A stretch of DNA of 59,555 nucleotides, the filler included, from Blastocystis sp. subtype 4 (Eukaryota): NCBI RefSeq assembly GCF_000743755.1. It is 5 parts of 5 records of this genome, joined end to end, with 100 filler letters (N's around TTAATTAATTAA, not from the genome) between each part and the next. Parts side by side here need not be neighbours in the genome. Positions count along the whole stretch, not along the records: positions 48,136 to 59,555 come from NW_014569239.1; 4 more parts are not named here. One strand, given 5' to 3'. The notes under the pieces are model-generated. The model was not told the DNA's origin. It saw only the letters and a program-made list of their open reading frames with translations, and did no database searches. The position numbers were made by a program, and so were the translations under genes. Every line of letters starts with the position of its first letter. Within the stretch, counting starts at the first letter, position 1. Of this stretch, positions 48,526 through 59,555 are shown piece by piece.

Positions 48526-51098
48526 ATGAATGCAAGTGAAAACGATGATGAAAATATGACTCAGCATCGTTCTGAATATGTTAATCAGTTATTAGAGAAG
48601 AATCGACAAGTGGGAGTAGTAAGTGAGGTACTAAGTGGTAGTTAGAGATTCTACTAAAACAGGAGAGGATAAATGTAAGCGTTTTGAACAATCGTTGGTA
48701 TCTGTTGAATTCACTCATCACTAGGGTTGGATGCCGTTGAAGAAGCTAACAGCGTTCAACAAAAGCAACTAGAACGAGATCGAGTGATTATCAGTCAAAG
48801 TGGAGCATCTCTGAGTTTAGAGCATTTGCTCAATGAAATCATATCCTTTGTGATTCAATGAGATGAGAAAGGTGAAGTAGAATCCTTGATTCATACGACG
48901 ATCTTAAAGCAGAGAATCAAACGTTTATAGAACAAGTAAGTGTGTAAATGGAGATTAAGGAGTTAGATTCGGGCGTTGCAAGCCATCGTTCGAGAGTACC
49001 AACAACCTCCACCCAATGGAAGTGATGACAATGTCAAAGTGCTAATGAAAACACTACGAGCAACAGAAGCACAACTCCAGAAAACGGAGGAAGATTTGAG
49101 AGTTCGGAGATGGAGGGTTTGAAGTGATGAGTAGTTGAAAGAATTGGAAAACAAAAAGAATAGAGATGCCTTGGAGATTGCACGAAGTCAGTTAGGGGCT
49201 ATGGAGAATTCACTCACAGAACGTACCATTGAATTGGGGATATGAGAATAGGTGTTGAAGCAATGAGTCAGGAGCTAAAACGTGAGTTGATGCAATGTCA
49301 AGTTGCCTTAGCTGATTGTCGGTTAGAAAAGGATGAGGTTGTGAATGAGTTGACTAAATTACACGAACAGTTTGCCAATTGTAGTACAGCAGAGTATTCG
49401 CGAGAATGTGAATTGAAGATTATGGCTCTGAACGAACAGTTGGAGACAATGAGTGGTCTGTTGGCTCATGAACGCGAAGCAAGACTATTGGAGAGTGATT
49501 CACGTATCCGTGCGATTGAGGCGGAGAAGGCGAAGGAGAATGAATTTCGGCTTCAGATCGAGCGGTTACAGAAAGAACTGCTGGAGAAGTGTGATGAAAT
49601 TGGAGTGATGCATGAGAACGTGAATGAAGCAAATGAGGAGAAGGAACGCTTTAGAACAGCTGCGGAACAATCATTTGCGTTGCAGGAAGCAGCTGCAAAG
49701 AGAGAAGAAGCGTTAATGAATGAAGTGCAGGAGGAAGAGAAGAAGCGAAAGCAAGTAGAATCGCGTTGTGTGGAGTTGCTCCAAGTGAAAATGGGATTAG
49801 AACGAGATGTAATGAGGTTACGAAATGAGGTAACAGCGTTGATGGAAGCAGAGAAGGAAGCAAGAGAGGAGGTGAAGGAGAAGGAGAAAATGTGTGTTGT
49901 TGCGAGGAAACGGTGTGATGCAACAGTGCGTCAGATCCATGAAGATCGAAAGCAGACTGTGATGCAAATGGCTATACGTTGGAAAGGAGAAAAGGAAGAG
50001 AATGAAGCGAGAGAGAAGGAATTGAAGGGAGAGATTGGGAATCTGGAGAAGCAAAAGGAGGAGGAGAAACAAAAGGGTTTGATTCGATTGGAAGAAGAAA
50101 GAAGGGAACGAGAGAAGGAGGTGAGAGAATTGAAGGAGGAGATCCAACGAATGCAGCGAGAGAAGGATGACTGCATAGCAAATGTTAAGAAAGAGAATGA
50201 GAGTATGATTCGACAGCTTAAGGAGAAACAGGCAAGTATGTTGATGGCTCGTGAGAAAGCTCTCAAGACACAATATGAACAGGATACAGCAATGCAGTTG
50301 AGTCGACAGAAAGAAGAAATGGAACGAGAAGCAGAGAACTTGCGAAGTGTGTTGGAGATGAAGTTAGTGAAGGCGAAGGAAGCTGCATTGGCTGAGCAAA
50401 CGCGTGTATTCCAATCAGAGCTGGTGAAGTGTCAGAGAGAGAGTGAGGAGAAGGAAATGGAGATGGAGAAGCGACTAGTGAGTGAAAAAGAGGAGATGGA
50501 GAAGCGACTAGTGAGTGAAAAAGAGGAGATGGAGAAGCAGAGAATGAATGAGAAGGAGGATTTGAAGAAGTTGGAAAGAGAGAATGAGGAGAAGCGAGAG
50601 GTTTTGGAGAATGAGGTGAAACGATTGAAACAGAGAGTGGACGATTTGGTAGAAGCGATTCGTGCGAAAGATGAAGCAATGAGGCATCTTATGGAGAAAC
50701 AGACAGAAGACTCTGTTGGAGCGAAAGAGATGGAGAAGGAGAATCAAACTGATGAATTGGAGAATCGATTGAAAGCGATAGAGAATGAGAAGAAGCGAAT
50801 AGAAGAGGAGTTAGATGCAGTTCGCAAAGAACATGAAGATTCGATGAAACGTAAGCAAAGAATGTATGTCTGAGGAATAGAACAACAAGAGAAGATTAGT
50901 GAGTTAAAGAAGAAGTGTGTGAAGCTAAAAGCGATTGTATTAAAGTTGAAGGAGAAAGAAGAGAAGGAGAAAGGAAAAGAAGAGAAAGAAAAGGGAAAAG
51001 AAGGTGAACCAAAGAGGAAGAAATCATTACACAAAAGTGAAAAACTAAAAGAATCTGAAAGTGATTCAGATCTAAGTAACTCAGGATGGAACATATAG
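48526..51098 (+). CDS. Long coiled-coil protein, multi-exon, containing one AT-AC intron
   Basis: E/K/R-rich heptads across 49242-50851; 33-nt direct repeat (EMEKRLVSEKE twice) near 50460-50537; final exon ends TAG 51096-51098. Confidence 0.75.
48841..48896 (+). other. U12-type (minor spliceosome) AT-AC intron, 56 nt
   Basis: 5' site ATATCCTTT, branch box TCCTTGAT at 48883-48890, 3' end CATAC; removal joins LLNEI to DDLKAEN in frame. Confidence 0.85.
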
Positions 51099-51133
51099 TA
51101 CATATTGTTTATTCGTTTCATAACAAACAATAG

Positions 51134-52442
51134 TTAAACCTTTGCTTTGTAATACATCACAGTGTCCAACATTTTGGCAATCTACACATTCATTTCTCTC
51201 TCCTTCTCTTACTGCTGCCACACCTCCAATCACAGCACAACATCGTACAAGGAATCTTGCTAAGGACATTCTTCGATCTGTAATGATATGCATGAATGGA
51301 GTTAGATCATAAATGAAGAAGATTCCTGGAAGTGCCGAAATCTGACCAAAAGGAGATACTCCCACTTCTCGTTGAACAGAATACACGCTATATTGATTAC
51401 TACTGACTGTAGTTGATGCATTTGTGTAGATCGTTGGAACTACATGCAAATAATAGCTTTGGCTCAACAGACTCGTAGCAACAATATCTACATTCTCCAA
51501 TGGATTGGGAGTCCCAGGAATGAAATCACCAAATGCCAATCTATTCTTATAATCTCTCCTCTCTATCTACTTCTCAATATGATGAGTCGTATTGAATCGG
51601 AAAACTTGATCTTTTCCAAAACTGTGAACATGACGACTGTCGCGATTCTCAGCATGTCCTACGGCGATGTGGAAATTTCCCGCTACCTTATTCACTTCCA
51701 GAATTCCCCATAGCATGCAACCTTTCGCTGGTTCCCGATCTTTCAATACATCCTTATTCCTGCCATGACATTGAGGTGAATACTGTTCCACAAACCATGT
51801 ATCCCAACCCCGATGACGATAAGCAGAAAGCAAATCCTCACATGTATTGCAACACTTGTTACTGACTTCGGCTCCAAAACAATTTCCACACGATGCATCA
51901 TTGTTCTTCTTTGCATTACAATCATTCATAACTCGTACCTCTTCGAGAACCGATGACGTTGCAACGTTGACAGGATTTCCTTTTTCATTAAGATCAATCT
52001 TTACTACTCGTGACATCACACCCATCTGTTGCTGTCCTGATATATCCATTATGTCTAAAGAAGCATCTACGTTATTTAGATCGGCTTTCATCCTACCATG
52101 ACAAGAAATTTCATAAAGAGAAATATTAAAGTTGATAACCATCTTTTCATTCCTTGTTGTGTCGATGGTAATTCGATCTTCTCGTTGCACTCGTAAAAAG
52201 GATGACAACTCCGATAGAAACAGAATCACCATTAAAACACCAGAGATAAGCGATACTAGTAGTTACAGAGATTCACAAGAATCGATACAGTATCCGCCAC
52301 TCTCAGTCTTGATCACATAATCATCACCGATCTTGGGATAAAAGTCCAACTTTTCAAGTCGTTTCCCCAAACTGCGACTTGGAAGAGAAGACACATCTTC
52401 TTCCTCTTTACGACGTTGTCGAAGTTCAGAAACTGCGTCCAT
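51134..52442 (-). CDS. ERGIC3: ER-Golgi intermediate compartment protein 3 / Erv46
   Basis: LDFYPK...TESGG, LDIMDISG, CGNCFGA...CCNTCE, GCMLWGILEVNKVAGNFH, NPLE, PGIFFIYDLTP, CAVIGG. Confidence 0.93.
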
Positions 52443-52613
52443 ATCGTCGAAATGTAGCTGTTTCGTCTATGACTGTGGTCAGTGGAATTTGGAATTGCAC
52501 AAATTTTGGAGTATTTGGCCATGGTTTGTATTGTCAGTATTTGTGAATGAACTCGCTATTGCTTGAACAAATAGAATCATGACACAGATCCTTCAAAGAA
52601 GTCTCATTCTAGC

Positions 52614-54172
52614 CTATTCATTAAGCTTCTTTGACGAATCATCAGCATTATAAAGAGACAATAAATTAACATCTTTGAATTTGTACCAAGCTCGAATCGC
52701 TGAAATTGGTATAGTAATATACTCATTCTAAGATATCACTCGATAGTCTCCATACTTACGTGTTCAAAGAAAAATATGGTTGGATAGAGATCCTTCTTCA
52801 ACAAATCCTTCAAAACCTGATCTCGTTCCAATGTCCTCACTACAAGAAAACTTCGAGCTAATTCGGGTTTGGTATATTCTTCTCCCACCTCAACAAGAGC
52901 ATCAACCAAACGTAACCTTCTTTGTGTGTCATCATATGTGTGTACCTTCAAAGCCAGATTCTTACGGCGATCTGATACGATCTGGGATTCCTTATTCCGT
53001 TTGCAGAACAGTCCAATCACTCTTCCTCCATCTAGAAATTGTGCCAAGCGACATTGTGCCAAAATCTCCAATTGCAGTGTCTCTGTCATAGTTACTCCCA
53101 TTTTCTCTGCTTGCTTCAATCGCTTCTCATATTCTGGTCTCCAAAAGTCTCCTTTCGCAAAGATCTCTGTCATGGCGTATACGACTTCACGACTCAGGTA
53201 ATAGTCCTTCGTTTGCACATGTGAAAAGATCGACAGCACTGTTGGATAATCTTTCAAATGATACGCACACAGAATGGCTGCAAAGAAGCCTCGTGGATCC
53301 GTAATGAGTTTCATTTCAGCATCTATGACTTCCAAATCACGATAGAAGGAAACACACTCAGCATCATATCCTCCTTCATATAAACCAAGCAATACTGCCG
53401 AATTCGCTACTAGAATTTGAAAAGAAGAGTTCTTGATCCGTTCCAAAAATGGTCGTGTTTCATCCAATCGTTTGCTTCCGAGAAGAGCACGAGTGTAAAG
53501 GGCTATGGTTAAAGGTGGAAACTTCTCTCACCTATGATATTCCACCGATGCTGATCGCGCTGAGAACAAGCATTCCACAACACATCTGTCAATCCATAAT
53601 TCTTTTCAGAAATAATGGATTCGAACATCATTTCGATTGTAGAAACGGTTAGAAACACTTGCTCCTACGAATCAATCTCTTCTTGAACTTGAACATGCTT
53701 CAATGTGATAGTCTGCAAAAACTTGTTGATCGATGAATACCTTCGTTTTCGGAATAACGAACGCACACCAATCTCGATTTCCTACACTTCAACCCTAAGA
53801 GTCTTTCTCACATCTGAAAACACATCATCTCGTTCTGCAAGTTCGAATACAAGAGGATAAATCTAGTTCATTACCAGATCGAATCACACTCACATCATAT
53901 CCCCTTGGCTTTCTTGCTTTGAGATAGAGACAGATTTCTGCGGTCGGCATGCGTTTTACATCATCTCTTGTTACAGCTGGTAACGACGAGAATCGATTTG
54001 TCGGTATAGGAGCCATAGAAGTTGAAGAGAAACTTCTTGGAACCGTTTGACATACCCAAGTAGCAAAAGGAACTGCCATTTTGGGAATTGGAGGAATACG
54101 TCGCAAAGCAACACTCAATATTCCCAATCGTAGGACTCCCCGTGGCAGAGCCAACTTTGTTGATAGAAACAT
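52614..54172 (-). CDS. Putative MRO-targeted alpha-helical protein (possibly PPR-like), multi-exon
   Basis: Arg/Ser/Leu-rich, acid-free N-terminus with an RSFSS cleavage-like site; helical body; family not recognised. Confidence 0.5.
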
Positions 54173-54227
54173 CTTCTCTCAACAAAAGTGTGAATGAACA
54201 AACAAAGGACTCATAAAAGACTCAAAT

Positions 54228-55749
54228 TCAATTCTTCCTCTTTCTATTAATCTCATTCAGTTTGCCTTTTGCCGATTCTGATGCTTCAAACGAAACTTGC
54301 TCCACAGGCTGCTCTACAGGAGCATCAAACACACCCGCTAGTGATTCCACTTCTCTCACATCCCACAGACAAAGATCCTGAGATGTACCACAAGCAGCCA
54401 ACAGGTATGGCACCGAAGGATAGAACTGGCAGCAGAATACATTCCCCAGATTCACATTACGTTCTGCTACAAGACTTAGTTCAGCTCCACTTCGCCACAA
54501 TCGCACCATTCCATCCTCTCCCGATGTGGCTACTAATTGTTTGGCTGCGGGATTCACCGATATTGATGTGCAAGGTCCTTCGTGGAGGTGTTGTGAGAAC
54601 AGAGGCGAATCGGTTTTGCGCACATCGTAGTACAGACAGTCACCAGTCTCTGTAGTGACATAGAAACAGTACGGTGCCATCAAATCCCACGTTGCAGCCT
54701 CTGGCTTTGCAGGAATGCCAATCCAAGTTCCATTGTTAGGAGACCGTCCGTCCGTCACAGCACACAACTGATCGTACGAAGCAGTTAACAACACGTTTGC
54801 CTCCACTGGATGGAACTGAACTACGGGAATCTTATCTTTGTGGAAATTCAATGTTAACATGCATTTCTGTGTGGTGATATCCCACAGCTTAACAGTTGTA
54901 TCGGCACTACTGGAGGCGAGGAGGTTGCGATATTCTTGATTCCAAGACAATCCCATTACTGCCTGTCGATGGCTTCCAGGCTTCAGAGAACGCTTCTTGC
55001 CACTGACAAGACCTCCAAGCACACACTCCGGCTCAATTGCATCCATGATGTCCGTATTGTAAATCTCGATCTCCGGTCTGAAGGTACCTACAGCTACAAA
55101 ACTCCCCGTTGCTAGCAATGAGAATAAAAAGAATCAATTTACGATGCCCGTTCATATCAGGGAATTGACGAGGAACACAATCCATCCAAGCGAGGGATAA
55201 TGGATATGCAGCAAGAAGTATATCATGATGGAGGTAGAAATTACCACTCTCTTCGTCATAAACGTGAATCTCAAGAGAACTGCTTATTACAACCGTGCCT
55301 ATGACCTACCTTTGATCTTCATCTGACTTGGCTGCTAGCAAAACACAGTCTGTAGGAAGAATGTTCAAATCCTCCTCATTATCCGAATCCCACTCCTCCT
55401 ATGCCAATCATCGTGAATATGTTTATGTACTTCAGGAACGGTAATATTCGCATCCTTGGATGGGTCTATAGAGGAAATGGGAATGCTGTCTCCCATGAGT
55501 CCTCGCACAACACCATCATCGCCCACTTCTTCTTCTCCAAAAACCTGCTGTTCTTGCACTTCATCCAACTTGTTTTGTTGTTCCAGGCTACAAGTTATTG
55601 TCTTTGATTACCATGCACATTCTCTTATACTCTTCAATTTCAGCCTGTGTAGGAACAGCGCGTATCGGCTTTCGAGCGGAACATCCTCTCGGGACCTAGC
55701 AATGACGGGAGAAAACAAACATTCAAACCCAACAAACGGTTGAATACAT
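54228..55749 (-). CDS. PWP1: Periodic tryptophan protein 1 (WD40)
   Basis: MYSTVCWVPRG, YLHHDILLAAYPLSLAWMD, VGTFRPEIEIYNTD, HRQAVMGLSWN, LASSSADTTVKLWD. Confidence 0.93.
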
Positions 55750-55850
55750 TTATTTGACGGCTGCAAGGAATGATTGAATGACCACAGCTTCTAAGCGGGA
55801 CGAACGGTTATTGGTTTAAAATGGTGAAGAGTTTATATTAACAAACAAGT

Positions 55851-56447
55851 CTAGAATTCCTTGCTAAATGAGTCGGCCGTTTGCAGAACAGTTTGTATGT
55901 CACAGTTGGCAAAAAGGGAGTTGACCTCAAGAGAGGAAGTGACAATTAGCTCGACTCCAAGTACAGTGGCAATTGTTTTCAAGCTAGATAGGTGAGTAAA
56001 CGTGAGGATCTTCTAACTGATCATTCTCTTTGTTCAATCCTACTTCTCTACAAAACGAATCATGTACAGAATTGAGACCTGCATCAAAAAGGTCGTCTCG
56101 AATTCGCTCTCCCTCCTTCTCGTTCTCCACTTGAACAGCGACATAGCTAGCCCTTATTCACTTCGCTCACCCCAACATATCATATTTCCGAATAAGTACA
56201 ATGAGAGTAGCAATATTTTGCTGATACACATCACATTCCGATTCGTTCGCTGAAAACAGAATCTAGCACAATCAGACCCTATCTCATCAAATACATTGTT
56301 TCCAACAATTAAGATCTTCTTCCTGGTTCCACAGGAATTGCTCGACAGACTCTTTCTGTCGGTTGACCACGAATTCTTGAAAAGCATGGTCCCAACAATG
56401 AGCAAAAGCGAAGTAAAGATCCAAGCAAGAATGGTGGAGTTGTCCAT
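55851..56447 (-). CDS. N-terminally anchored protein resembling peroxin PEX22; 3 introns
   Basis: TM ILAWIFTSLLLIVGTML, then RKKILIVGNNILF...LIRKYDIYVAVQVENEKEGERIRDDLFDAGL...EKILTFT; TAG followed by TGTTTGTT at 55847. Confidence 0.55.
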
Positions 56448-56511
56448 TTGTCAAAAGAGGAAAAGTGATATTGGGATAAACAAACAGAAGACTTCGGCTT
56501 CGGGATGAAAA

Positions 56512-59105
<2,594 letters not shown>

Positions 59106-59398
59106 TCAATGAATCTATTCTTATACGTATCAATGCGATATAGGTCTTTGACTCAGGAATGTACTTTTTGGAATTGTTGGAAATATATACTATTTTGTCA
59201 CCGATTCTTGGGTTTTGCCAAATTGGGTTTATCTGTCGTAGCCATGAGAGTATGATGATAACAATTATCTGATACGTTATCGTTTACGAGAAATGGAGTG
59301 TTTGTGAATAAACAGAGAGAGTAAGTAATACTAAAGTACTAACTGGAAGGAATGATGAGCTCAGCATACTATTGTATTTTTAATGACTAGTTGAACGG

Positions 59399-59555
59399 TT
59401 AGGTGAGTGAGAAAAGTTGGTTAACGATGAATCTGCAGGGAAGCTTCCAATATCTGCCTCCAAAAGCATTAACGAAGAGAGCTCCAGCACTTTGAGCAGC
59501 AGATACAAGACCAGCTCCAAGACCAGTTGTTGATGTAACACTCATAGCAGAAGCA
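59399..59555 (-). CDS. 3' fragment of a Gly/Ala-rich membrane protein, possibly IFI6/IFI27-like
   Basis: SAMSVTSTTGLGAGLVSAAQSAGA resembles the ISG12 MMS...LVATLQSAGA motif; TAA at 59401-59399. Confidence 0.4.
   Translation of the reverse strand, partial: ASAMSVTSTTGLGAGLVSAAQSAGALFVNAFGGRYWKLPCRFIVNQLFSLT

Noticed and set aside
50460..50537. 33-nt direct repeat as a possible CRISPR array or mobile element
   Set aside because: In-frame coding duplication with no spacers; no cas, transposase or reverse-transcriptase genes seen in the window
49420..51130. Several overlapping minus-strand ORFs
   Set aside because: Antisense shadows of the purine-rich coiled-coil gene

Overview
Eukaryotic, AT-rich and extremely compact nuclear DNA made of five separate contigs (1-11795, 11896-23569, 23670-35333, 35434-48035, 48136-59555) joined by artificial 100-nt spacers (44 N + TTAATTAATTAA + 44 N). 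Genes are broken by many ~30-nt GT-AG introns, so the ORF track shows exons rather than genes. Many genes end at a TGTTTGTT motif placed so that polyadenylation creates or overlaps the stop codon. Tiny introns, TGTTTGTT-directed poly(A)-completed stops and a PPi-dependent PFK together point to the anaerobic gut stramenopile Blastocystis (inferred, not searched). I hand-spliced about 35 protein genes and found one tRNA-Thr(AGT). Most notable: (1) six genes with no genomic stop at the predicted end, including a convergent pair sharing back-to-back signals, plus six where predicted cleavage falls in or right after the encoded stop; (2) a PEX22-like gene in a lineage usually described as lacking peroxisomes; (3) a U12-type AT-AC intron; (4) an LRR gene with one exon per repeat; (5) unusual fusions (UBL-UBL-CAF-1 p150; FAM172/ARB2-FYVE-AGC kinase; PDZ-RGS-DENN); (6) an intronless bacterial-type NhaC antiporter; (7) a candidate promoter element TCRCGGGAAT. 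Family assignments come from motif recognition by eye. Gene coordinates span first to last coding base, introns included.
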